NCBI GenBank assembly: GCA_002633005.1
Contig: NMRA01000443.1
Coordinates: 145,054 to 209,053, forward strand
Length of the DNA stretch: 64,000 nucleotides
From: Phoronis australis
Lineage: Eukaryota > Animalia > Phoronida
Direction of reading: 5' to 3'
Shown here: piece by piece, positions 10,521 to 24,700 of the stretch
How the letters are laid out: each line of letters begins with the position of its first letter
Position numbering within the stretch: position 1 is the stretch's first letter
Made by a program: the position numbers and the translations under genes
Notes under the pieces: model-generated
What the model was told of the DNA's origin: nothing
The model's input: only the letters and a program-made list of their open reading frames with translations
The model's database searches: none

Positions 10521-10832
10521 AAATACACCATCACATGAAATTAACATTAGCAATTTAAAACATGTTAATCATTTTTCAATCAAAACTTCCAAAAGTTTTA
10601 AATTATTTGTCTAATTAACCTCACTTCCTGAACCTATAGATTGACTACCTTCCATAAAATCTCTTTGGAAACTAATTTAATGAGACTAACTGGAATGCAA
10701 TCACTCCTACACATTCTTGAGTAATTTATTTATTTATGAACTTGTGTAAGATCACATTTTAATTGCTTCAGACTGTTTTTTAAGAGAGTTCAAAATCAAG
10801 TAAAATCAAGTCTAAAACCCAAGCTGCTAAGC

Positions 10833-11006
10833 AAGTGTCTGTTCAGTGGCTCTAGCGAGTGATTACGTAACACCTCACTGAACTAAATGTTACTGTTCTG
10901 GGTATTCTAACCAGCTGTGAAGTGTCTGTTCAATGGCTGTGGCGAGTGATTACATAACACCTCACTGAACTAAATGTTACTGTTCTGGGTATTCTAACCA
11001 GCTGTG
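10833..11006. repeat. Tandem duplication of an 87-bp unit (2 copies)
   Basis: AAGTGTCTGTTCA...ACCAGCTGTG at 10833 and 10920, with a few substitutions. Confidence 0.9.
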
Positions 11007-11409
11007 CCACCTGAGTAGCTTGTGCACGTCTGCAATTATCTTATACGCAAACCGTTTGAGTGAAACCATGCTTGACGCTCCGGATGAAAACACTTCCGAT
11101 TTGCTTTTTTTTACAAATGCACTCTCAGCTACTTGGCCTAGAGAACACCTGAGTGAAGAACCTTGTGAATAGCTCGCCTAAACGTACAACGCCGCTCATG
11201 TTAGTCATTAGAAGGAGAGCTGTGACACAGCAGAAAATATCTTGAAAACCTGAAACCGCTTTAATCGTCGTCCAATCGATTTTCTAGTGCATACTTGTGG
11301 TTGGACAATGCTTGTCGAGAGGAGCGGGACTAGTTGTTTCAATGGAGGGGGGGGGGCTTCAAACGAAGTTTCAGTGCAATACTTTACCACGTACGTGGTA
11401 TGCGAAGTC

Positions 11410-12230
11410 AACGCAAGCCAAGCCACACAGATCAATATTTAGCTTTTGTCTCTCATCATCCCATGGAGCAGATGTATAGTGCTATTCGCACTGTTTAACG
11501 GAGTTGAGAGTGCATAGTTACAGACCCTGTTGAGAACGAAGAAAAGTTACATTCAAGTCGTGCTCTTACAAAATGTGGCTATCAGAAAACAGACTACCAT
11601 TTTCTGGTTCCGTACGTAAAAGGTGTGCCTGGGAAGATGCTTCGAATCCGTAGTCGTTTGGGCTCTAGAGTAGCACACAAACCAGGCAAAACATAGATGC
11701 ACATGATGGTACATTCTATGGACAAAGAACAGAAAGACTGCATTCAATACCAAGTTAATGGTGTATTTTTTGGTATTCAATGTGAGGGAGAACGTGTCCA
11801 GTACCCATGGTAGTGAAACTCAACGACCCCTCAAGAAACGCATGTAACAACAAGAAAAATAACTACTGGGGAAGACATTTCAGGTTACGGTACGACCATT
11901 TCCATGACTCGTGACATGAGTTCGGCAATGAAAACGTTCAATTGGCACTGAAAACTCGTGTAGAGAAAAGAACTGGTTTGAGAGAGGAGTACTGGAGGCT
12001 ATACATGCAAGCCTCCAAGACACTAGGTGGCGCCAGATACAAACTGTCCTCAGCATGGAACGAGAGTGTTGACAGAACTACAAGACAAACAAGTTCCCAC
12101 GTGACCAGAGTTCCCGCCACTAGGACTTTACATCAACCCAACGAAGGAGAGGATAGGTCTCCGAGGTACTAGGAATATAGGCAAATATTCAGTCCAGTAG
12201 AGAAGTCTTATTATCAGTGTATAGACTAAT
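11410..12230 (+). mobile_element. Penelope-like element (PLE) 3' fragment: RT thumb, GIY-YIG and terminal region, decayed
   Basis: Translated motifs RKPSHTDQYLAFVSHHP, ALTKCGY, LVPYVKGV, VAHKPGKT, NGVFFGIQC and GARYKLSSAW, with stops and frameshifts. A degenerate hammerhead-like motif lies at ~12135-12172. Confidence 0.8.
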
Positions 12231-13466
12231 ACAACAGTAATGAATTACATTAAAAATCAATTCGTTGTATGTGGACATTTTTGTCGAATACTACAATAAA
12301 CTGTTTTACGGGTACATTTATGAATAGCATAACACTGAGAAAACACCATTTATGATGTCAATATGTTCTATGAGGACGTTTCTTGTCCACCACAAAATAA
12401 CATTATTCTTCATATTCTCTGTTGTATATAGGAATTTTTTGTCCAATATGACAGTGACAATTATATTCTTTCTACTGGATTTTTATGCAACTGAATAATA
12501 AGTGGTATAATTATGGAAATTTAATTCCTTCAACGTAACAGAAAAATCCCGATCATATCAATTATCAATTGTGGTATACAAACATTTTTGTTGTACACCA
12601 AAAACTAAGTCTTTAGATGAACTGACTCCACGTGGAAATATTTATCCAATATACTTTACAGTAAATATCATTAATGATCGTCATTCTGTGGCAGAAACTG
12701 GTTCTCCAAACCAGAGATGATTGCAGCAGATGTCCCACAGCCACTGAAAACATCCAAGTCACTGATGACGTCATGAATGAAATGCTGAAAAAAGGGCAGC
12801 CATTGTTCCTCCGTGTTGAAATTGTACTACAGGTGGCTAGCCACAAGTCTGGTGTAACGCAACGTGACTATGGGTATGGAAACATTCCCCCATGGAACAG
12901 CTTTTGAACTCCTGAGTAACCCGCTTTGTGCATGGACTGAGGTAACAACGAATTTCGTGAATCACAGGTGGCGTTCAGCAAGGGCTATTGCGCACAGCGG
13001 GATCAAGCGTTTACTCTTTATGCTACGTGTCAAAATATATGACGATAAGCACTGTGGGCATTTTGTTTTGCCTTCATTTGTTCAAATTTCAAAGGCATTT
13101 GACAGAGTTTAGTCCTCAATTGCCACTACGGCCGTAGATTACTAATAGCGCCCATGGTAACGTATCCGGTACTTAAACGAGAATACCACTCAGCTAGTTT
13201 GTATCAATTTAGATCGAAACATATGCCTAGCAGCAAATAACGATCATGTGTAAGGATTCGAGAAGGTATATTTAATTGGCTTTCTTGAGTGTCACCAGAC
13301 AAGGGCACGCGATTACCCCGTTGTTTTCGTCATGCACCTGATTTAATTTATGGAACGCATTTTAATGTCCAAAATATAAATGGAATTATATGGATGAAAA
13401 TGCAACGGAAGTCGGGTGAAATCGCACCGGAAGGCGGGTGAAATCACTCCTATATATGGATGATAG

Positions 13467-13533
13467 TATGTGTGTGTGTGCGTGTGTGTGCGTGTGTGTG
13501 TATGCGTGCGACGTGTTTGTGTGCGTGGGTGTG
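13467..13533. repeat. (GT)n-type microsatellite
   Basis: Imperfect TG/CG dinucleotide run. Confidence 0.9.
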
Positions 13534-13699
13534 TAAATAAAACAACAATAATGGATCATCTGATATTTTCGGATATAAAAATATTCTTTGTCAACAGAAA
13601 GAGAAAAAAGTAGAATAAAACACAACATGACAAATGGGATCTGGTACTTGGTTTAATGAACATGATAGATTGTTGCGGAAAAAAGTTAAGGATATAATT

Positions 13700-14469
13700 T
13701 AAGAAGTCTTTATGTTTAATCCATTGGGTTCAAGTGTGTTACGCTTATCTATCTAAAATTGTTCTCTTTTGAGTCTGTGGGGGGTACTGGGGTATTGGAG
13801 TTTTTCCATTATTTGTACAGAAAGATCTTGTAGATTATGATTTTTGGAATTTAAATGATAACCTTTATATATATATCAGGAATGTTTTTATATATTATGT
13901 TAAATCTATGATTGCGAAACCGAGTTTGTAAATTATGTTTAGTTTGTCCTACATATTGAATGGAACATTTTCTACATGTTATTAGGTAAATGATATTGTT
14001 GGTGGTGCAGTCAGAATAATGTTTTATTTCGAATTTTTCATTGGTTTGAGAAGACTGGAAGAAAGTATTGTCGTTAATAAAGTTACACATTTTGCATCTA
14101 AATTTGTTACATTGTGTGTTGCCAATAGATTTGTCAGGTTGGTTTTTATTGTCCATATTTGCTCTAACTAAATAATTTTTAGGCTTTTGCATTTTCTCCA
14201 AGAAATTATAGGTGGATGAAGAAATAGGTTTTTCATTTGAGGGGAAAATGCAGCGTCGAAAGGTGTTTTCTGAAGACGTGGCTAATTCCGTTTAAGCATG
14301 GATTGAACATGGTATTGAAAGGTATTCTATTATTAGTATTGAAGTCATTCGTTTTAGCTCTTAAAGATTCATTTATTGTGACTGGGCGGACTTTGTCAAA
14401 CTGTTTGTGTATAAAATGTAAGGCATTACTTACTTCAACGTCGTTAGTCGAGCGGGCAAATATGGGCAT
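13700..14469 (-). mobile_element. Penelope-like element fragment (Neptune-type GIY-YIG endonuclease with Cys-rich linker)
   Basis: ORF 13851-14201 reads CNKFRCKMC...DCTTNNIIYLITCRKCSIQYVGQTKHNLQTRFRNH. Downstream REQF*IDKRNTLEPNGLN, upstream linker RIPFNTMFNPCL (14233-14469). Confidence 0.85.
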
Positions 14470-14498
14470 GTCGCGTAGGAAATTACAATAGCATATGA

Positions 14499-14780
14499 TT
14501 ATATGTCAATTTAGCCGTGTGTCAAAAAGCGGGACATTTAGAAGGGGTGGCGGGATGGCGGAAAAGATATGAAGTGGGACAGTCCGCCAAGAGCGGTGCA
14601 ATTGCCAAATACAATGTACGCTGTCAGCAACGCAAAGTACTGGATTGGGTTCTTTTACAAGATAAACACTTCATTTTTTTAAAATTATATTTCACGTAAA
14701 TACTACGGATAACAGTAGGCCTACTTCTTCGAAATCAAATTAATAAAAAACGGCATCTGGGCAACAGGTAAACATTACAC
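14499..14780 (+). repeat. Dispersed repeat (copy 1), probable DNA-transposon subterminal region rich in GGGAC motifs
   Basis: Aligns by eye with ~16409-16685 (TATGTCAAT..GCCGTGTGTCAAAAAGCGGGACATTTAGA..GTGGGACAGTCCGCCAAGAG..GGATTGGGTTCTTTTACAAG). Confidence 0.75.
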
Positions 14781-14826
14781 AAATGACTGAAAGCAGTAAT
14801 AACACACACGCACACACACACACACG

Positions 14827-14857
<31 letters not shown>

Positions 14858-15081
14858 TATATATATATATGAATTAAAAATAACTTATCTTTTGCTTTCG
14901 ATATAATCATCAAGAATTGACAAAGGGCTTTCTAAGGATATGGCTTACTATGGGATTCGGTTGAAAAACGGCGGAGTTGAAAAAAGTTTTAATGACAGTA
15001 ACTTCCAAAGCAAGTGAAGACACCGGAACAAACGAATGTAAACAACTCTCGCGCATGCGCAGCGCAACTTTCATTAANACG

Positions 15082-15130
<49 letters not shown>

Positions 15131-15131
<1 letters not shown>

Positions 15132-15460
15132 ATGAATTAAAAATAACTTATCTTTTGCTTTCGATATAATCATCAAGAATTGACAAAGGGCTTTCTAAGG
15201 ATATGGCTTACTATGGGATTCGGTTGAAAAACGGCGGAGTTGAAAAAAGTTTTAATGACAGTAACTTCCAAAGCAAGTGAAGACACCGGAACAAACGAAT
15301 GTAAACAACTCTCGCGCATGCGCAGCGCAACTTTCATTAAAACTAATCGCACAACTCAGACGTTTTTCAACCGAATTGCATAAGAACCATATCATTAGAA
15401 AGTCCTTTGTCAGTTCTTGATGATCATAACGAAAGCAAAAGATAAATAATGTAATTCATA
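15131..15460. mobile_element. MITE with ~100-bp imperfect TIRs inserted in a (CA)n(TA)n microsatellite
   Basis: TATGAATTA...TATCTTTTGCTTTCG...CGGTTGAAAAACG is inverted at 15361-15460 (CGTTTTTCAACCG...CGAAAGCAAAAGATA...TAATTCATA). Confidence 0.8.
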
Positions 15461-16408
15461 AGTAATTATCATTTCGCGTACCAGATTGGTTTAAAAATAT
15501 TTTTTAATCCTAAAAACCAAGAGCATTACCAAAATGCGAAAAATAACAGCGTGTAATAGTAACATAAAAAGGAAATGTACAAGAGATTACGATATATATA
15601 TAAATGACTAGTTGAGCCATTAGGGAAATAATTTCAGTGATTCAAAAGCTTTTACCCTATGGAGACAAAGGTTTTAGAATACGGATCCCTCACACTTGCT
15701 GTGGATAATTTAGTCACGCATTCATCCAAAATTATGCGTATTTATATATTATAATTCATTGGACCCTTGGTGCCTTATGATACAATTACATTCTTCAGTA
15801 AAAAATCTAAAAACACTGACGTTTAGGAAAAATGCGATGAACTACTCCAAGTACACTATCCGAAATTTACAGATAAAAGTTTTCTGATAGATAAAAATGG
15901 GCAAACATCTATCAACTAGCGTTAAAACGTACTGTGAATAGCTCATCCCATTGGTGTGAGGGCAGGACTGTTCTTCGGAAAGTAAAAGTTCGTGATCCTG
16001 ATACAGGTAGTGTATGTTACCGTAAACAAGAGACAATAGAACACATTTTTACGATTGTTACGTTACTTAAGAAAGCGGATTTTGGAAAAGAACAGTTTTC
16101 TTAAAAGAGACAATGTTATTTTGAATACTTAATTGTTGCATGGCCAACATTCGGGAACGAAAAAAACGGAACAACTGGATTGAAAAGCGGGACTATTGGG
16201 TCTAAGGCAAAACGCAAGGATGAAATGTTCGCTGCAACAAACAAATGACTTACCGGCGTTTTTTTTGTCGGATGGGAGATATCACACCCAAAAATGCCCG
16301 ACAATTTTTTTACGGTTGAATGGGAAATTGCATACATGAAACGTTCCGATTTTTAGTTTTCAGTCGAGTGGAAAATTTGGCTATGTCTTGTTGGAAATTA
16401 CAGAAGTA

Positions 16409-16685
16409 TTATATGTCAATCTGGCCGTGTGTCAAAAAGCGGGGACATTTAGATGGTGTTGCGGGATGGCAGAAAAAGAATTAAAAAAGTGGGACAGTCC
16501 GCCAAGAGAGGGACAATACAATGTACGTTGTCAGAGACACGAAGAAATGGATTGGGTTCTTTTACAAGGTAACCTTTTAATTTTTAAAAAGTTTATTTCA
16601 GCCGTTTAAATACTACAGATAACAATAAGCCTTACTAATAAATCGAATAAACAATAATGGCATCGAGGCAACACGTAAACATCGC
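16409..16685 (+). repeat. Dispersed repeat (copy 2) of 14499-14780
   Basis: Diverged direct copy of 14499-14780. Confidence 0.75.
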
Positions 16686-18762
16686 TCAGATGAATTTTAT
16701 AGAAACAATTGAAAACCGCAATAAACTACGCTCATTGTCCAGTCAGAGCCACAGGTCGGTGCTCAGAATGCCCATTGTAGTTGTCGGGTTTGTTGACTAA
16801 TTTTGCCGAGAAATCGTTGATTGTGTGGAACCATGCCTCCAGGGTCAGTCTCGCTTGATGAATAATTATGATAATAAAATGAAAATAAAGCAATGAGATT
16901 AGGTTTGATTTAATAACTACAGCTGTCGATGAAAACTCAGTAAGTCGAGTATGCAGCCGGAAATTCTCAGTGCAAACTCTCGTGGCTAGTCTCGGGGATA
17001 CACAGGTCACGTGCGGGAGTTGGCATTCCAGGGGCCTCCCGCGGCTCCAACAAAACGGACCTAGCTAAGACAAACCTTAAAAATTTTAATAAATTTTAAG
17101 CTAAAACTTAAAATTTTCTCAATACCGTGTCTAGCAAACGATCTTTAGTTAAACTGAAGTTTTTGATGTAAGTTTTCAAAATTGTCTTAATTTCTTTATG
17201 TAGCAGTTTCAATTTGGAAGTTAAGAGAAATCTTAGACTTTAAGTCAAGACTGAACTTTAAGTCAGTTTCTTAGAACGGGCCCCAGGGCTAGAGTTCTAT
17301 GGAACCAGGTTAAGCGGCCGCGGAGTGGCATTCCAGAATCACGGTAACGCTCAGCCAGCTAGTTGTAAGAAGACTATCGTCAAAATACGGTATACAGCTT
17401 TGCGCCAAGTAACGCTAGGACCTCGCTAAAAAGCAAGACTTCGCGAGAGTACGTTTGATATTGCCGTGTATTTTAAATGAGAACACGTGATTTTGTCTGG
17501 ATTTGAGCAAGGCCGGTCCTATCGTAGGTCCTATGCGTCCAATGTACTGAACATTCCCATTGTTGCCGCTGCACAGGAGACAATCACTGGTAGACGGCAG
17601 AGGGCAACACTTTACACCAGCATCGTATCTTTGCCAGCATGAAGAGCACGGAAGTCAATGACGTCACTGTTTTGGTGGACGTGTTGTACTTGACGACAAA
17701 CTTCTGAAGATTCGAGCCCATCCTCTGAAGATGGTTTCAACTATCTTGGACTTATTTATTTTGACTTTAATTTGTTGTTAAGGTAGGTGAGATTTCTACA
17801 TCAGCTTCTAGACCGCTTTGACATGATATTGGAGAATTGGCCGGAACCAATGACATATTTGTAAATACGTCATGAGGGGAGTTTTAATCAGGCTGAGGGA
17901 GGTGAGGCTGGTGAGGAGGAATTTATAAATTCCGTCTAAAGCTGGATGTCTGCCTATAGTGACAGAGTTGGAGCCTGTGACTTGCAGGTCGGTGTGTTGT
18001 CTTTGGGACTGTGCATCTCTCATACTTCAGATATGAGTTCATTGAGTTGTCTAAGTTGCCCACACTTGGGGTAACTCTCAGCTGCCTTATTCCATGGGCA
18101 TGGTCGGCGCACCGTACTATACAATAGCCTATGGTATAGGCTATCCGTATAGGCTATGGTCATGGAGTAAGTGAGGGCTACAGCCCCCCACTTTTTTCAG
18201 TGCTAGGCCGCACATGGTCAATAGGCGGTGCACCACAGGGGGGCTGAGGGGGCTTTAGCCCTCCCGCTTTTTTCAGTGCTGCGCCGCCCATGTATTCAGA
18301 GTACTCTTGGAGTAATCGGTTCAAACGTGCTGCAAATTGACATGTTTTCGCGTCCTAATGTTTCTTTCTCTTCACAAAAAACTGAAGTTGTACATTGTAC
18401 AATTGCTTTCACTTGTTAAACACGTCACTACACTACTTTTTTACTCCGCTGCGACTCACATGACATTAATCTACCCGCTTCAAGAAGTTAATATATCAGG
18501 CAGTGTTTCATTGATCTACCAACTTCAAGGAGTTATTTGGGCCAGTGTTTTATTGCCATCAGGTCATTGCTGATGCTATAATTGTTGTGTATAACCCAAA
18601 AGGAAGTTAGGTCATTGTTCTAGATATTGAGGGTTGATGACTCGTGTGGTTTTTGTACAAATCTATGAATCAAGCACAAAGTGCTGTGAAATGTGTCAAG
18701 GTTTTAATGGAACATATTTTTACTTATAACATGGGGATACTTTTTGGTTCAGCCCATGGAGG

Positions 18763-21700
18763 ATGGGTTCAGGAGCTTCTATAGATGGTGGAGGTACCTC
18801 AGGGCAGGATGACAGCCAGCAAACTGGGCGTACTCACAGATCGGCCCCTCAGCGCCGAACACAGGGATTCCAGGAAGTGGAGATACGTCCCTCTACTGAC
18901 AATAACATGAATCGAAATTTCCCGACACAAGAAAATTCAGGTAAATTGCATTTGAGATGCTGCTGATCATTTCAACAGAAGAAAGTTCGCGTTAGGTTAA
19001 GTAAGTGTAATTGTTATATAGACTAGGGCAATGTGACAAACCTTTGACACCNNCCACCCCCCCCCCCCCGTACCTTATTGAGATAGGGTAACGCACTCAT
19101 TAGACTGCAGAGTTGGACATTTTGCTCGTTCTTCAGTCTTGACTAACAATAGCAGTGGCTGAGGTATTGAAACTGGTGGGTATTTCATTGTTACAATAGA
19201 CTTGACAAGATCTGCTCTACCTAACTATTGTTGCACCTTATTTCCCACGGGAGATCACCCTTAGAATCACCATGTATGCACATTGATTAGGATCTTCAAC
19301 TATTGTTAGTGCAGTGAGATGAGGTAATCCCCAAAACAAAAAATCTCATGGGAGATTCCTGTGTTCACACCTGGTGCTCCCTCTGTTGGCTGCAAGCATG
19401 CCCTCTACTGTGAAAAATGTTTGGTGCTAATTATGTATTTCTGATACAGGCACAAGCAGTGTTGTTCAACCTAATCATGATGGGGTTGAATATAAAGCCA
19501 TGTACAAGCATCTTGACAAACAAGAACAACAACAAAAAAGTCAGGAAAAACGAGAACCAAAATATGGGGTAAAGTTGTGATTTATTGTGTAAATTAGTTT
19601 AGTGGCCAAGGCAGGCTTTACTTTTTGGCTCATGATTTCCTGCTTGAGGTACAAACTGTGATAGTGAGGAGCTTAATTTATAATCTCCAGTTTCTCTATT
19701 TCATCATGTAATTTGTTCTCATTTTAAGTAGTTTTACTTTATGTTGTTGCTACATTAGTCAACCACACATTCCGGTTGTTGCTTACTACACCTGCAGTCT
19801 GTGTGGTTGTGGTATAATATGCCAAGTAAATGTTGGAATCGTACTGTGACCTTACATGATATAAGTGATTCATTTTCAGCGTGGTTAGTTGCGAGCAGCC
19901 TCGTGTGAAATTGGGACTGTCTTTGTGAACTAAATTTGTGATTCTTAAAAGTGGCCCAGTCTTGTTTCTTATTTGGTCTTTCTGTCAAAGCTACATGAGA
20001 TCCTACTGGTATCCTAATCCTATCACTAATGGTTTTAGCAGTCATGCTTCATTTTGAGACTTGCATATTCAGCCTATTGTTCTGCACCAAGTAACTCAGA
20101 TTTTCTACTAAACTGTGAGTGGGAATTTAGTCACTAAGTCCTGTGTGTAAGTTAGACTGGTCGTTTTACATTGATGTGGACCAATAACACAATGCAAAGC
20201 TTTGTTGTAAAACCTTGCACTACTGTAGGCTTTTCGTTGGTATGTATTTTGAATGTGCTACTGAACCCAACGTTCCCTATTACACAAGAGTTTCCATGGA
20301 AACTACTGAGTGAGGTTAGATTCATTGTGTACACATGTTGATGGAAGCCTGAAGATATGGTCTATTATTGCGCATTCACCTATTGATTTGCTGTTTTTCA
20401 GAATGACGACATTGTGTTTGAGACATTTTTCCACCATGATGGCTCTGACTACACTTGCCTGTACCAGAATGGTGAGAGGTATTATATGCAGTGGCAGAAT
20501 GGAGTAAGTGTTATATCTTTCTGTGCTTTCTCTATTTAATGATGCTTATGGGTAAACTGTACACTCATCTAGCAAGCCAAAATAAAAGTGCTGTTCTAAT
20601 TTCCCACTTTTATTTGACGTTTTCACTTAAATATACTTTTTGCCAAACATTTTTTTTTAAATTTCACTTTGTCCGCATTAAGTTTGTTGCGTTATTTAAC
20701 ATTTCTTGCTACTGCTAGCTCACAGGTTACAAAGCATTTTAAATTTATTTCTTAAATTGAAAAGTGTGCTATATTTTTGTTAGTAATGCATTGCTATTAA
20801 GATTTGAAACTGGGGTGTCCTATTGTTTGGTTGTGGTTGGAGATCATGTACCATGTTTTATCTTAAAGTTATGTTGAATGGAACTTCAGCTGGTGAAAAA
20901 TCACCAATTTCAAACTAAGATAAAGGAAGGGGTTTATTCAGTAGAAATTAAAATCTATGAGTTATATTCCAACCCCAGTATAATCATAGAAAACAAGAAA
21001 TGTTTCACTAGTCAAGTTTTTTCTAACAGCCATAGTTAAACCAAGATATTCTGCAGTGGCTATTTTGTGAAATGGGATATCCCAATGTAATAGTTATATA
21101 GTCTAAACAGCCATTAATACACCTTAAATAATTCTGAAGTGCAAATTTCATGGCATATGAACTCCTTTTTGGAATGTCCCTTCTGCTTGTATGGCTTCTC
21201 CCTAGAATTGGCTGCCATTTCCTCCTGAATGGTACAACAAAGGGCTTTTGGTCACAGACAGCAAAGTGGAAGATGTGAGTTGTTGGCAGATACAGTTGCA
21301 CAGATACTCTGGAGAAAGACTATTTCTTATTGACTTCAACTTTTATTTAAAGCTTCATTTCATCCTGCTTAGCTTAATAGAACAAAAATCTAATTAGGCC
21401 GTATAACCGGCCTGGTAGTTCTCTGTCTTGTGATAGGATTCTATTTCTGTTACCATCTCAAGCCTCCTACAATTAATTATAAGGTCTGCCAACCCTAATA
21501 AATTCATAACTGCTTTCTTGAGTCACTGGTGGTGTCCATGTTCTTATTGGTAACAAAAATAGAATGCTATTGCAATAAAGAATATTACGAGACTGATTTT
21601 ATAGAGAGTAAAAGGCCGACTTCAATTTTCTTTTCTTTAGCTATTTAAGCAGGACAAAATGCAGCTTTAAGACTCGAATTCTTTGATAGTTGAGTTTTAT

Positions 21701-24700
21701 CCAGGAATGTCCTGACATAGTAGACAAATTGGCCCATTTGACTATTACACAACAGAACACTACGTTCATTTGTTAGATTGCCAATAGCTTAAGTGCATAA
21801 TTACTGCTTCTAAGTGACTTCAGGTTTAAAGGAGAAGGTAATCTTTTTTCATGTCATTTTTTATAAAAATACAGTTCGTTGATTATCCCAGACATTTGTT
21901 TCAGCTCTATGGCTTCCCGTAATTTTGTTAGTTAGTTGTGTCCTACTCCGGAAGTGGCGTTTAGGGGGTTAAAAATTTCCCGCCATTTTGTTTACTGTGA
22001 GAATTTGTTCTACTGTTGTTTTCATGCTGGTTTCCTAACTTTGTTGTCACCACTTCCCATCGACGAGTATTCTGTGACAAGCTAGGTTGTTAGAGCACTC
22101 AGTTACGTTGGATTTAGGGATCATTTAGTTTGTAGTAGCGTGAAAATATATGGAGTCGGCGACCCATATCACAGACACAATGACGTGGTGACAAGGAATT
22201 TTTTCATGAACAGTCAGTGGGTGGATTTTGAGCCCGAGTTTAGTGAGGCAAAATGCTCACAGACAGCTGTTGAGAGGTATGAGGTAGAGACTGTGGACAG
22301 ACGTGGTGGGACATCTTGGTCTAAATGACAGTGTGCGCTGTTGTGCCGACCTCAGTGGAATACCTATGCTCATGCTGTTCCCACTGGATGGTGACTTGAG
22401 CACCCAAACTGCTTACATCCCGCCATGTAACTCCCTGGTCATACACCTGTCACCCTCTCAAATAGCTCCAATACTGTAGTCAAGTCCACACTAAACTTAT
22501 CAAAGTTTGGCTCACCAGCCTGTTTACTAGACGACAAACTCTTTTCCTCACTGGGTGTCGAAATGGGCTTGTATTCATTCCCACTACTCGACATCTCAGC
22601 AGGGCTGCTTACAGGCTGTGGGCTGGAGATGACACTGGCACAGAGTGAATCACTGCTAGTTCCCGGAATTGCATGCTCTGGGGTACGTTTGGAGGTACGG
22701 TGACATGAGATGAAGGGGTTTCACTCACTATAGGGGCCACAGCTAGCGAGGCTTCTCGCTTCAAAAATACACCCCTCGGGGTTGGCGACGGGGCACTGCT
22801 GGGAATCAACAGCGTTGTTTTACGGGAACCTTCATCAATTCCGCGTGCATATTTCTTTCGTAAACCGACGGCAGAAAATGCTTGACACATACTCAGTAAT
22901 TATCCACTTATTTGTACGTTGCGTGGATGGGTAACGCTGTGTTCTTCACACGAACATGTCAAGTATGGCGGAGTGTGTCATCTTTCGGAAAGCGAGCAGC
23001 AACTGTGCGGTGCGTTGACTGACTCGTAAACAAACGCCAACGGCGACTGAACTTATCACAACCGAGATAAAATAAGGACTGACTCAACAGCTCCCACAGT
23101 CAGACTATATGAAAACAAATTGCCAGGAAATTCTTAATCCCCTAAACATCACTTCCAGAGTAGGGCGCAACTAATTAATGAAATTATGAGAAGCTGTAAT
23201 TAACTGAAAAATACGTCTGGGATAACCAATGAACCGTATTTTTACTTAAAATGACATGAAAACAGGTTGCGTTCTCCTTTAAGACTAAATAATTTTTTAC
23301 TGAAAATCATGAAAGAAGGTGTAAATTGCTTATCACCCACAATAATTAGTTTGTTATTTTTGCACCTCATACCAGAAGATACGGACTTAAATTTGACACC
23401 TGTGTTCCCTAAAACTGGCTTGAGTAACAACTTGAATGATTCATTTTGCTTGCCTACCAGGACAGTGGAGTTGAACTGAACACTTCGGACGCTGAATTGT
23501 GTCATGTTTCAAGTGACGAGGTAGAGCGCGATAGCACCACGTATGACGATAGAGCCGGAACTCTACAGCATCCAAAGAGGGGCATGTTGTCTACTTACCT
23601 GTTTGAGGTAATAAACATTTTGCTAAACTTTTAATTCTAATCTGTCCATTTAGTTCTCAGTACTGTACCATTCTTTTAAAATGGATACCCAAAATACAAA
23701 GATGAATTTTTAATACTGGAGGCCTTGTGGCTGCCAGTGGTGTAACTTGTCCACACTTGAAAACAAGAGAAGATTTCCATTACCTGTATGAGATGATGAA
23801 CTTATTTGATTTCTATTGTAATTAATTTCAGGAGAAAAGAAACGTCCACTATTTTTTTGATGATGAGTCTGGAACATGGCTCAAGTTGCCTATTGCTTGG
23901 GAGTTGCATTCAGACAAAGTTGATCTTATTATTCAACAAATCTGCGTAAGTAACCCTTCTTGTTACCACGCTCATACTTCACTATAATTGTGCATCTAAT
24001 TTGAAAGGAATATTTCATAGACTCATTTGTTATAAATGGTATTATCTGTTTTAATTGGTAAAACAATCAATGTGCGGTGTGAGGACAAGAGAATAACTTG
24101 TTATTGTATTTGTCGTTGTTGGCGGTAATTATATGATGGGATCAAATAGAAAGATTTAATTTAGTGCTTGCTGAAAGTCACCTTGCCTGACATCTAGCAC
24201 TTAGCTAACACTAAGCTTGGTTACTTGATAAATTCATTAGATGTCTGTCACATTGTTAGTAAGGTTATAAAGCCTAGTGTGGAATCTGAATAATATTGAC
24301 CAAGCTTGAACAAGACTGGGTGTGCTTTAGCAGGACAATTCATGCCAGGAGTGTTTTAGTGTAGCCAGGCTGTCACTATACATTTCTACGCAATACAAGC
24401 TTACTCACAGTTATAAGCTGTTTTTTGCTCTCTTAAATAACTTTTACCAGACTGGTAGTCTGTCTATGCTCACAGATGTTGTCTTTGATTCAATACTGAA
24501 GCCCAATAATCTTGGCTGGAGACAAATTGGTCATACCTGTAGATTGGTTCGCTCAGTTGTATATGGTAATTTCTCTTGATTACGTCCACTCTAACTTTAC
24601 GACCACCAAACATTTTTCACCATTTTCAATGTCCTGTATAGAAAGTACAACCAGTGAAGATTGTCACTCCGAGCCCTTTCTACAAATACGAATGAGTTTG

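Noticed and set aside
14803-15340. Exact ~260-bp tandem duplication of microsatellite plus MITE left half
   Set aside because: The copies are identical and separated by a single N (15078), so this is most likely a contig-overlap artefact.
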